This document shows positions 12,001-22,904 of a stretch of 64,000 nucleotides of DNA, piece by piece. The notes under the pieces are model-generated. The model did no database searches, was not told the DNA's origin, and saw nothing but the letters and a program-made list of their open reading frames with translations. The translations under genes and the position numbers were made by a program. This DNA is from Eledone cirrhosa (lineage: Eukaryota): NCBI GenBank assembly GCA_964016885.1, contig OZ024754.1:18228001-18292000 (forward strand), written 5' to 3'. How positions within the stretch are numbered: position 1 is the stretch's first letter; each line of letters begins with the position of its first letter.

Positions 12001-14072
12001 GTCTCTGGACAGTATTGTATTAAAGAATCAGAGGGCAGTCTCTGGACAGTATTGTATTAAAGAATCAGTGGGCAGTCTCTGGACAGTATTGTATTAAAGA
12101 ATCATAGGGCAGTCTCTGGACAGTATTGTATTAAAGAATAAGTGGGCAGTCTCTGGACAGTATTGTATTAAAGAATCAGTGGGCAGTCTCTGGACAGTAT
12201 TGTATTAAAGAATCAGAGGGCAGTCTCTGGACAGTATTGTATTAAAGAATCAGTGGGCAGTCTCTGGACAGTATTGTATTAAAGAATCAGTGGGCAGTCT
12301 CTGGACAGTATTGTATTAAAGAATCAGTGGGCAGTCTCTGGACAGTATTGTACTAAAGAATCAGAGGGCAGTCACTGGACAGTATTGTATTAAAGAATCA
12401 GAGGGCAGTCACTGGACAGTATTGTATTAAAGAATCAGAGGGCAGACTCTGGACAGTATTGTATTAAAGAATCAGAGGGCAGTCTCTGGACAGTATTGTA
12501 TTAAAGAATCAGAGGTCAGTCTCTGGACAGTATTGTATTAAAGAATCAGAGGGCAGTCTCTGGACTGTATTGAATTAAAGAATCAGTGGGCAGTTTCTGG
12601 ACTGTATTGTATTAAAGAATCAGAGGGCAGTCTCTGGACTGTATTGTATTAAAGAATCAGAGGGCAGTCTCTGGACTGTATTGAATTAAAGAATCAGTGG
12701 GCAGTCTCTGGACTGTATTGTATTAAAGAATCAGAGGGCAGTCTCTGGACTGTATTGAATTAAAGAATCAGTGGGCAGTCTCTAGACTGTATTGAATTAA
12801 AGAATAAGTGGGCAGTCTCTGGACAGTATTGTATTAAAGAATCAGAGGGCAGACTCTGGACTGTATTGAATTAAAGAATAAGTGGGCAGTCTCTGGACAG
12901 TATTGTATTAAAGAATCAGAGGGTAGTCTCTGGACTGTATTGTATTAAAGAATCAGAGGGCAGTCTCTGGACTGTATTGAATTAAAGAATCAGTGGGCAG
13001 TCTCTGGACTGTATTGTATTAAAGAATCAGAGGGCAGTCTCTGGACTGTATTGTATTAAAGAATCAGTGGGCAGTCTCTGGACAGTATTGTATTAAAGAA
13101 TCAGTGGGCAATCTCTGGACAGTATTGTATTAAAGAATCAGTGGGCAGTCTCTGGACAGTATTGCATTAAAGAATCAGTGGGCAGTCTCTGGACAGTATT
13201 GTATTAAAGAATCAGTGGGCAGTCTCTGGACAGTATTGTATTAAAGAATCAGAGGGCAGTCTCTGGACAGTATTGTATTAAAGAATCAGTGGGCAGTCTC
13301 TGGACAGTATTGTATTAAAGAATCAGTGGGCAGTCTCTGGACAGTATTGTATTAAAGAATCAGAGGGCAGTCTCTGGACAGTATTGTATTAAAGAATCAG
13401 TGGGCAGTCTCTGGACAGTATTGTATTAAAGAATCAGAGGGCAGTCTCTGGACAGTATTGTATTAAAGAATCAGTGGGCAGTCTCTGGACAGTATTGTAT
13501 TAAAGAATCAGAGGGCAGTCTCTGGACAGTATTGTATTAAAGAATCAGAGGGAAGTCTCTGGACAGTATTGTATTAAAGAATCAGTGGGCAGTCTCTGGA
13601 CGGTATTGTATTGAAGAATCAGAGGGCAGACTCTGGACAGTATTGTATTAAAGAATCAGAGGGCAGTCTCTGGACAGTATTGTATTAAAGAATCAGTGGG
13701 CAGTCTCTGGACGGTATTGTATTAAAGAATCAGAGGGCAGACTCTGGACAGTATTGTATTAAAGAATCAGAGGGCAGTCTCTGGACAGTATTGTATTAAA
13801 GAATCAGAGGGCAGTCTCTGGACGGTATTGTATTAAAGAATCAGAGGGCAGACTCTGGACAGTATTGTATTAAAGAATCAGAGGGCAGACTCTGGACAGT
13901 ATTGTATTAAAGAATCAGTGGGCAGTCTCTGGACGGTATTGTATTAAAGAATCAGAGGGCAGACTCTGGACAGTATTGTATTAAAGAATCAGAGGGCAGT
14001 CTCTGGACAGTATTGTATTATAGAATCAGTGGGCAGTCACAGGACAGTATTGTATTAAAGAATCAGAGGGCA
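6046..14072. repeat. 37-bp satellite array, main block (about 217 units)
   Basis: Same unit as 1-701 with recurrent point variants; one more unit follows the piggyBac at about 17872-17910. Confidence 0.99.
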
Positions 14073-14333
14073 CCCTTTAGTGTTCAAACCTGCTAAAGCC
14101 AGCTGTAATTATTTCCCCTTCATTTGTTCAAACCGGCCCAAAACGGCCAATAACACCCACACAAAAATATTGTTCTAAAAATAAACAACACCGTCATCAA
14201 AGTCTGGTCAGTTCCAGATTACTGCGAGATTAGGCCCTTACTGCGAAAATTAACACTTAACATAGTGAAACAACTTGAAACAACATGTGTCTTTTTAACG
14301 TTGAAAGTAAACAGATTTTTTGTGTGTATCAAC

Positions 14334-17261
14334 ATGGCTTGTGAAAGTAGCGATACCGACTTTGAAGGTTTTACACACAACGACATTCAAAATGAACAAG
14401 AAACAAAAGATAATATTAGCGATTTATCCTCAAATGAATCAGATGTTTACATTTCTGAAATTTCATCCGACAATGATTGTTGTTTTGAATGTGAAAACGA
14501 AGGAGATTTCCAGGACGCCATTGAAAATATTACAGCAACGTGGTAAAATACCACACCTATACATGTTCCCGATTTTATTGAAAATACTGGTCCACGACAC
14601 ACATTACCCCCTGATGCTAAAGCACTTGATTATTTCTTTTTGTTTTTGCCACAAACTTTCTTTAAAGTTGTGGCAGAAGAGACTAATCGATATGCCTAAC
14701 AACAGATTTCAAATTGATGAAAACCCAATCTGTTATGGTGGCCGACAGATGCTGTGGAAATGCAAACGTTTTTTACCATAAACATTATGTTTGGTATAAA
14801 ACAATTTCCAAGACTGTGGAATTACTGGAGTACTGACATAAGGTTTAGTGACCCTTATATATCAAGTATTATGGCAAAAACAAAATATTTAAAATTAAAC
14901 CAGTATTTGCACCTGGTTGATACTTCAAATGCCCCCGGTAGAAATGAATTGAATTATGACCCTCTGTATAAAGTTCGACCATTAATTAAAATGCTATCTG
15001 AAAAATTTAAAACAGTATATCATCATCATCATTTTACGTCCGTTTTTCCCTGCTTGCAAGGGTGACGGGTCTAATTTAGCACAGCATCTCTCCACTTGTC
15101 ATGGTCCTTCGTCATCTCCACCATGAGCTTCAGCAATCTGAGGTCTGTTCTCACCACCTCCGCCCATGCTTTTCGTGGTCTACCTCTACCACGTCTTCCT
15201 TCAACTGGCATTTCCTGGCACTTCTCCACCCATCAGTCATCCTCCATACGCATCACATGTCCATACCACCTCAGGCTCCTCTCTTGCCCACTATATTCTA
15301 TCCCTCTCAGTCACAGTTTCTCTCTCAACACATGCTGTGTCATTCACACACATTGACACTGCACATCCAATGGAGTATGCTTGCCTCATTTCTCTCCAGC
15401 TGTCGCATATCCTCTGCAGTTGCTGCCCATGTCTCACTACTATGCAGCATCGCGCTCCTCACACAGGCATCATATAACCGGCCTTTCATATGCAGGGAGA
15501 AACCCTTCATAATCCTACTGCATACGCATTTCTCCCTACCTGTTAGTTTGCCTGCTATCCCACTACATCTCTTGTGTACCCAGGATCTGCATTGTGTACA
15601 TTTTATAGAATTTATGCCAGTTCTTTTTCTGCCTATCGAACATCGCCATTTCCCTGATGGAATCAGGGTTTTGTCCTCTTTTCTACTCATCAACACTTTT
15701 GTCTTAGCTAGGTTCACTCTCAGTCCTCTTGCTTCCAACTGCTGTTTCCATAGCCAGAATTTATTCTCTAGCTCCTCTACTGATTCTGCTATAAGAACCA
15801 GATCGTCAGCATAGAGAAGTTCCCATGGACAGCCAGTCTTAAACTCCTCTGTTATGGCTTGGAGGACTATAATGAACTAGAGCGGGCTGAGGACCGAACC
15901 TTGATGTACTCCTACTTGTATCTGGAATTCCTCACTAAACTCCATTTCTACCCTGACTTTACTGACAGCACCTCTGTACAAAGTTTACACAAGCCATTCC
16001 TCTACCCCTAGTTTCCTTAGGGACCACCAGATGACAGAACGGGGTACCCTATCAAAGGCCTTCTCTAGGTCAACAAAGGCTAAGTATAGTCGCTTATTCT
16101 TCTCTAAGAACCTCTCTTGTAATTGTCTCACCAAGAAGAGGGTATCTGTTGAACTTTTCCTAGGCACAAAACCAAACTGCATCTCATCTAGTTTGACCCC
16201 TTTCTCTAATTAGTTGTGCTAATACCCTTTCTGCCACTTTCATAACCTGATCCATCAGTTTTATACCCCTATAATTGCTCCTCTCCAGAGCATCCCCTTG
16301 GTGATTTTTTTTTTTTTATGACCATGCTGTAAAATGGAGGGGTAGAGAGGGCCCATGAGTCCAGTAAGACATCCTCTCTAGTGCTGGTGGCACAAATTAA
16401 AGCACCCAATCCATGCTGTAAAGTGGCGCTGGTGTTAGGAAGGGCCTCCAACCAGTGTATCAATGCCAAAACGATTATAAGCACAGCAACAAGTATATAT
16501 ATACCTGGGAAAAATCTTAGTGTTGATGAAGCTATGATTGGGTATAAGGGTAAAGTACATTTCAGACAATATATGCCAGCTAAACCCACCAAATGGGGCA
16601 TCAAGGTGTGATAACTCTGTGAATCGGACACAGGCTACTGTGAAAACTTTGATGTTTACACAGGAAAGAAACACAACGGAGGGAGAAAAAATCGATTGGG
16701 GTACGATGTTGTGTGGTCTCTGACTGAACTCTCAACACAGACATATATTTTTATCATTTTTTTTTCTTCAGTGCTTCTAGCAGAGGCTCATGCCCTCATA
16801 AATACGTACACCTGTGGTACAATAATGGGGAATCGCAAAGGGCTACCCCAAGAAATAAAAGTCGCAAAATTTAAAAAGAGAGGGGACATTCTCCAAGTAC
16901 AAAAAAGGAACATGTTAGCCACATTGTACAAAGACAAATGGCAAATTTTGTTCCAATCTTCTAACCAGCAACCAGGAGTTGAGGCTGAAGGTAAACCTTT
17001 AGTCAAGCTCATGGAGGATATACTTCTCGCAAACACAAAACTGGGAGAAAATCAAAATTATCTGAGGTGAACAAAGAAAATATTGATTATCATAAAATAG
17101 AGAAAATTGATTGGAGGAAGAAAGTTTGCCGAATGTGCTCTTTGCAAAAGAGAAAAACTGCTAAAGGTTATCCAATTGAAACCTCTTTTATGTGTTCCTA
17201 CTGCAAAGTGCCATTATGTAAAGGATGTTTTGACCAATATCATGTTAGAAATATAGTCTGA
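14334..17261 (+). pseudogene. piggyBac (PGBD4-like) transposase, disrupted by stops, frameshifts, deletion and an RTE insertion
   Basis: Acidic N-terminus SDTDFEGF; EETNRYA; LWNYWSTD; YDPLYKVRPLI...KTVY joined across the insertion to IPGKNLSVDEAMIGYKGKVHFRQYMPAKPTKWGIKV; TCGTIMGNRKGLP; C-terminal Cys-rich CRMC...CSYCKVPLC..CFDQYH. Confidence 0.93.
15021..16497 (-). mobile_element. RTE-clade LINE fragment inserted in the transposase, with an inverted 5'UTR piece
   Basis: (GAT)n tail at 15021; RT motifs on the minus strand (AFVDLEKAFDRVPR, LYADDL, MLHSSETW); 16338-16497 is the reverse complement of about 60446-60606. Confidence 0.92.
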
Positions 17262-17975
17262 CAATATTGAAAAAAATATAAAAAAAATATATTGGAACAC
17301 ATTAGATATAAAACATCTGCATTCATTCACCTGTGTCACACATGCATCACACCTGTTAATGAACTTATATATTGGGCACATTCTTTTTAAATCTACTGAG
17401 TACATTGCCAATATTATTTTGACTGGTGAAAGGGTTTTATACATTTTTTTCAATGAAAATATTTGCATGAAATGTAGAGACAGACTAAAACCGTGTACTG
17501 ATTATATCTGCATTTTATATTAATTCACCTGTTCGGAAGAGTGCTAGGTCATTGTTGGATATTTTTTGTAACAAATCTAACAGGTAAGTCAGATAAAGTT
17601 TAAATTTTTGTGTTTATCCAGAAAGTCATTACTTTTACACCTGTTAATTAATTTCACCTGCCCATAAAAGTCAAATTTAACCAAAAAAATCATTAAAAAT
17701 ATACAATTGTAAATTATTGATATTTTAACATCTACTAACAAAATTTCAAGCCTGCACAGAAAATTAAGAAAATTACAAACAAATAAAATTGATAACCCTC
17801 TTGAGTATGATTAACTCAAAATAATGTGAATAGATAAGCATGACATTTGAAAATTAATGTGAATGCTAAAGGGACAGTATTGTATTAAAGAATCAGAGGG
17901 CAGTCTCAGGTTGGTTGGTTGGTATCAAATGGGAGATAGAAATGGATAGAAATAAAAAAAATAAAGTAAACTTAC

Positions 17976-18221
17976 CATATTTAACAAGGCAGATATCTCC
18001 CACAACAAGTTCACCAACAGGAATCTCAATCACTTCGGCAGCACGTATTGTACTAAACTTGTGTTCATGTTCAATTTTACTTTGTAATCCCCTGAATTGT
18101 TTTTCTTTTCGCCAATCATTAAAGGCAGTGACTAATACAACTACAATGACAGCTACTAAGATTGCTAAACCTTCTATCCATCCAGCTTCATCAGAAGACT
18201 CATGAGCATCATCTTCCTCAG
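17976..18221 (-). CDS. ATP2B: PMCA coding exon 3 (TM2 and start of the actuator domain)
   Basis: tttttgtag|...|gtaag; 246 nt, phase 1-1; [83 protein letters not shown]. Confidence 0.97.
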
Positions 18222-18559
18222 CTACAAAAAAAAAAAAAATAGAATAAAGATTTGATTATTAACTTTTAAAATCCTGTAAACATTTAGCAGAAAATGTCTA
18301 AAAAAACAGTTTGTCAATTCAAATGTTTGTAATAACTTTATTTAGAAAGAGTTAACTCTTAATATCCTGTAATAATTTAGCAGAAATTATTTTAAAATGG
18401 GTTTGTTAAGGGTAAAGACTTTATGGAATGCAATCGTGATATTGTTTTGTACTTTTCAAGAATGTCTTGTTAATGTGGTTTTATGTGGTACAGGACATTA
18501 AGTGTTAATGGTGAAGAAAACTGATAATTGAGAAAAAAAAAAATATATATATATAGATA

Positions 18560-18780
18560 ATCATCATTGTTTAACGTCCATTGCTAGCATGGGTTAGACA
18601 AGCTGTCCCGTTGTGGGACAAGCCAGGTCGGATGACCATGTCTTGCTCATAAAGAACTGATTCTGGCTTGGTTTCTACAGCTGGATGCCCTCGCTAATGC
18701 CAATCACATTTACAATGTGGACTGGGAGCTTTTTATTGTGACACCAACACAACCACCTTACAGTGTGGGCTAGGCACTTT
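18560..18780 (-). mobile_element. Short RTE-related element (SINE or 3' fragment)
   Basis: Matches the 27542-27790 module: (CAT)n, GCTAGCATGGGTTAGAC, CAGCTGGATGCCC. Similar copies at about 18985-19240, 46972-47130 and 61965-62140 (+). Confidence 0.7.
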
Positions 18781-19566
18781 ATATACTAATATATATATAT
18801 ATAAATATATCATGTAAAAACACAGATGAACAGATTAATTTGTGCTATTTGTTTGAAATGAAACTGTTAGTTGACAAAAATATACAAAGTACCACAACTG
18901 TGTTTCTTGAATTCAAAAAAATATTAAAATTTATTAAAACTATGCCACAACAGTCTTACTGATTATTAAAATGTTTTATGTTGTATCATCATCACCACCA
19001 CTGTTTAACATTTATTTTCCACACATGGGTTAGACATGTTGATGTGTTATTAGGCCAAACAAGTCAGGTGACCATGTCTTGTTCATTCATTGTTTTTGGC
19101 TTGGTTTTCTAAAGCTGTATGCCCTTCGTAATGCCAAACATATGTACTGGGAGCTTTTTTTTTATGTCACCAGCACTACCACCTTACAGGGTGGGGTTTT
19201 TTGTGGCACCAGCAATACCACCTTGCAGGATGGACTGAGTGTTTTTTGTTACTTTGCCTTTCATCCTTACGGGGTTGATAAAATAAAGTACCAGTAATTG
19301 CTGGCCTTGTGTCAAAAGTAGAAACCCTTATTACATTTTATGTAAAATAATAACCAAGAATAGTTGTTCACTTCTTGACAAAGATAAAAATAATAGTTAA
19401 CAACTGTCAAAGTAGAAGTTCTCTTCTAAGACTACATTTAGTACCATCAATGTGGATTTACCATCATCTCAAGAAATGCCTCAGAAAAAAATACAATTTG
19501 TAAAGAAATTCCATATCTCATGATTCTCTATAAACTTGTAACAAGTTTATGGTTTTAAAAATAACA

Positions 19567-20236
19567 TGGGTACTGCTAGATATTACTATTGTTTGTAATG
19601 AACCTCCAACCCTTTCATTATGACTGGGTACTGCTAGATATTACTATTGTTTTTAACGAACCTCCAACCCTTTTATTAAGACTGGGTACTGCTAGATATT
19701 ACTATTGTTTTTAACGAACCTCCAACCCTTTCATTATGACTGGGTACTGCTAGATATTACTATTGTTTTTAATGAACCTCCAACCCTTTCATTATGACTG
19801 GGTACTGCTAGATATTACTATTGCTTTTAACGAACCTCCAACCCTTTCATTATGACTGGGTACTGCTAGATATTACTATTGTTTTTAACGAACCTCCAAC
19901 CCTTTCATTATGACTGGGTACTGCTAGATATTACTATTGTTTTTAACGAACCTCCAACCCTTTCATTATGACTGGGTACTGCTAGATATTACTATTGTTT
20001 TTAACGAACCTCCAACCCTTTCATTATGACTGGGTACTGCTAGATATTACTATTGTTTTTAACGAACCTCCAACCCTTTCATTATGACTGGGTACTGCTA
20101 GATATTACTATTGTTTTTAACGAACCTCCAACCCTTTCATTATGACTGGGTACTGCTAGATATTACTATTGTTTTTAACGAACCTCCAACCCTTTCATTA
20201 TGACTGGGTACTGCTAGATATTACTATTGTTTGTAA
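19567..20236. repeat. 58-bp minisatellite, about 11.5 copies
   Basis: Unit TGGGTACTGCTAGATATTACTATTGTTTTTAACGAACCTCCAACCCTTTCATTATGAC. Confidence 0.97.
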
Positions 20237-21539
20237 GAAATTCTATGGTAAGCTGGACAGCATTAGGTCTTCAGAGACACTATTACTGTTAGTTACTGGT
20301 ATTATTGGTAAAGAACCTTGAAAACATCTCAAAATAAAATATAGTGCAAGAAATGTTAGGAAGCTGGATCCGAGAGTAGCCATTTAGTGTTGTTGGGGGT
20401 TTACTTAGGTGTTTCAAAGCAAGGACATTTTGTTGTTTTTCCTTGGAGCAGTAAATGTTTGTAGAATCTAAGAAGTTATTGGCAGGAAATATGCTTGACT
20501 GGAATCAGTGTCTTTGTAAAGGATAATAAAGGAATACAGGATAACATTTTCAACAAGAAGTTTCTGTTGTCTATGTAACTAAATTTAACAACATAGTTCT
20601 GACAAAATGATAATAAATAAGCGACATGCAGTATTACACTTTTCACATTTGTTTGATGTTGTTTATGAATTTTTTTTATTTTTTAGCGGGATTCCAGCTT
20701 TCTTGTTTGTCTAGAAATCTTAATATTTATTTTAGAAGTACATGGAGGTGTGTATTCTGATTTCTAGAACCCGTGCACTATATCCCCGTATGAAGTGACT
20801 AAAATGGGGGGTCAGAAAGGGCATTCATCTGCAAAGCATTGTCTTAAAACATCCCATCCAACCCATGCCAATATGGAAAGGTGGACATAAAAACAATGAT
20901 GATGATGATGATAATGGTGGAGGAGGAGGTCAATTTTTTACTTTTGCTCAGGTTTTCTGTAAAAATCAAGGCCAAATACATATAATTTATATTTGAATGA
21001 ATTATATTTGATTTCAAGAGAGTGCCTGAACAGCTGATTGAAGCAGCACCAATTTTGGAAAATCTCTCATATATTATTCTTCCTGGCAAAGTAGTGGTGA
21101 TTCTTAAACTGCATGTTCACAAAAGTATTACGAAGGTCACTAGTTATCACCATCATCATTTTTATGTCTGTTTTTTCCACGCTTGATGGATTGGTCAGGT
21201 CCTTCTTCGTATGAGTTGGACAGGTTCTTCTCAACGCAGCATGTATACATTTTATGTATATTCAGCAATTTTCTTAGTAAACAAAGTCAACAATGCTGGC
21301 TTTGTTTAGCAGAGCTGAAATTCTTGTTTTGACCAAAGAACTTTGATGTGAGAACTTAACTTTCAGTGTTTTAATAAATATTTTCCATACTTTTAAGACT
21401 GTTGAATATTCATATAAAGAAACTGATCTTTTTTTAATGTACTGTTGTAATTTATGTCTTACTTAATATACAAACTTTCTCCATAGTCTCTTGAGATTGG
21501 ATTGGTTTTAGATCAATGTTTCTAGTCTCTCAAATGAAC

Positions 21540-22125
21540 ATAATCTACCACTCCGTCAAGAAATTAAACCAACAACCTCATTTTCGTTTTTTCCTCTTCT
21601 TGCTTACCCTAAGCAAGGCAATAAAGCCACTAAACTGCAAGGGATTACTGAGAAGGGAGAAGGACAAGACAGAGAAGACATAATTCAAGGAGAGAGAGAA
21701 GTTGATGATTGATGTAGCTCTTGAAATTTTCTAAATTGTTGTTAGCGGTCTGGAAAACAAGAAACTGGAAGACAATTCCATAAGCGAGATGTGTGAGGGA
21801 AGAAACTATCAGAATAGGATTTGTGAACTTCAACTGTAAATAGATTGGACTTAGCCTGAATTTCCATTTAAATTTGTGAATATAGAGTAACCAAGAGGAA
21901 AGCTCATCTGAACAATTCACATGAAAATATCTATTAAAAAGAGGCAAAGAGAGGCAATATTCTGATGGTGTGATAATAATTAAAGCTGCCATGACAATAA
22001 TGTTGACTACTCATTCTTCCTTGGATCTTATCTAGACTGTCAAAGTGCATTGAAGAAGCACCAGACCAGACCAGATGTGGCAACAGTACTCAATATAAGG
22101 ACATGAGTTAAATACTATAAAAAAA
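21540..22125 (-). mobile_element. Old CR1/L2/Jockey-group LINE 3' fragment
   Basis: Minus-strand translation gives PYIEYCCHIW..GASSMHFDSLDKIQ and SLPLFNRYFHVNCSDELS, typical of the region after RT. Confidence 0.6.
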
Positions 22126-22334
22126 AAGTCACAAGAAATAATAAATACAGACTATTTCATGAGACAAGGCAATATTTCTACAGTGGAAAACTTGGTTTTC
22201 CATTTCATATTCCAGTAATGTATCTTCAATCCTGTATTTTATTTTTCAAATATTGTGGGTATGTATTGATCTGTGTGCAATAAGTATTGTAGATGTGTGT
22301 GTTGCACCTCCATTGGTTTTGATGATGAACATTT

Positions 22335-22880
22335 CAGTTATTCAAACAACAGAACAACCTGCTTGTGAATTTATGTGCAAGTAGCTGTGTATTCCAGAGA
22401 CACATGCACCATTAATAGTTATCAGGGAGATTCAGCAAGACACACTGAGTAACAAAGCAAGCCCTTGGATTTACAGGTACAGCTTATTTTTGCTAAGTGA
22501 ACTGGAGCAATGTGAAATAAATTGTCTTGCTCAAGGTCACAATGGACTGGAGCAATGTGAAATAAAGTGTCTTGCTCAAGGACCCAGTGGACTGGAGCAA
22601 TGTGAAATAAAGTGCCCTGCTCAAGGTCACAATGGACTGGAGCAATGTGAAATAAATTGTCTTGCTCAAGGTCACAATGGACTGGCAATGTGAAATAAAG
22701 TGTCTTGCTCAAGGACCCAGTGGACTGGAGCAATGTGAAATAAAGTGCCTTGCTCAAGTTCACAATGGACTGGAGTATTGTCAAATAAAGCATCTTGCTC
22801 AAGGACGCAATGTATTGCCAAGAATCAAACTCATGACCTTATGATTGTGAATTAAAGACCCTAACCACTAGACCAAATAC
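22335..22880. mobile_element. SINE with an internal 45-bp tandem expansion (22501-22810, about 7 copies)
   Basis: Flanks match the unexpanded copies at about 29835-30110 and 62720-63000; unit ACTGGAGCAATGTGAAATAAAGTGTCTTGCTCAAGG(T/A)C(A/C)CA(A/G)TGG. Confidence 0.85.
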
Positions 22881-22904
22881 CTTTACTATATGTAAATATA
22901 TATA

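Larger units (their letters stand above)
14073..17873 (+). mobile_element. piggyBac-superfamily DNA transposon (decayed)
   Basis: Terminal inverted repeats CCCTTTAGTGTTC ... GAATGCTAAAGGG enclose a PGBD-type transposase; satellite units lie on both sides. Confidence 0.92.

Noticed and set aside
1-14072. 37-bp repeat as a CRISPR array
   Set aside because: Units are contiguous with no unique spacers, there are no cas genes, and the context is a spliceosomal intron.
15096-15814. Plus-strand ORFs over RTE copies (also 28405-29019 and 58292-59676)
   Set aside because: Antisense to recognisable RTE reverse transcriptase, with no independent motifs.
14334-17261. Domesticated PGBD gene
   Set aside because: Multiple stops and frameshifts, an RTE insertion, no recognisable later catalytic Asp motifs, and TIRs still present.
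17915-18205. 96-aa plus-strand ORF
   Set aside because: Antisense shadow of PMCA exon 3. The same applies to 40151-40360 over the first coding exon.
20240-20830. Possible Penelope or other TE remnant
   Set aside because: Only a vague Cys cluster on the minus strand; too decayed to call.
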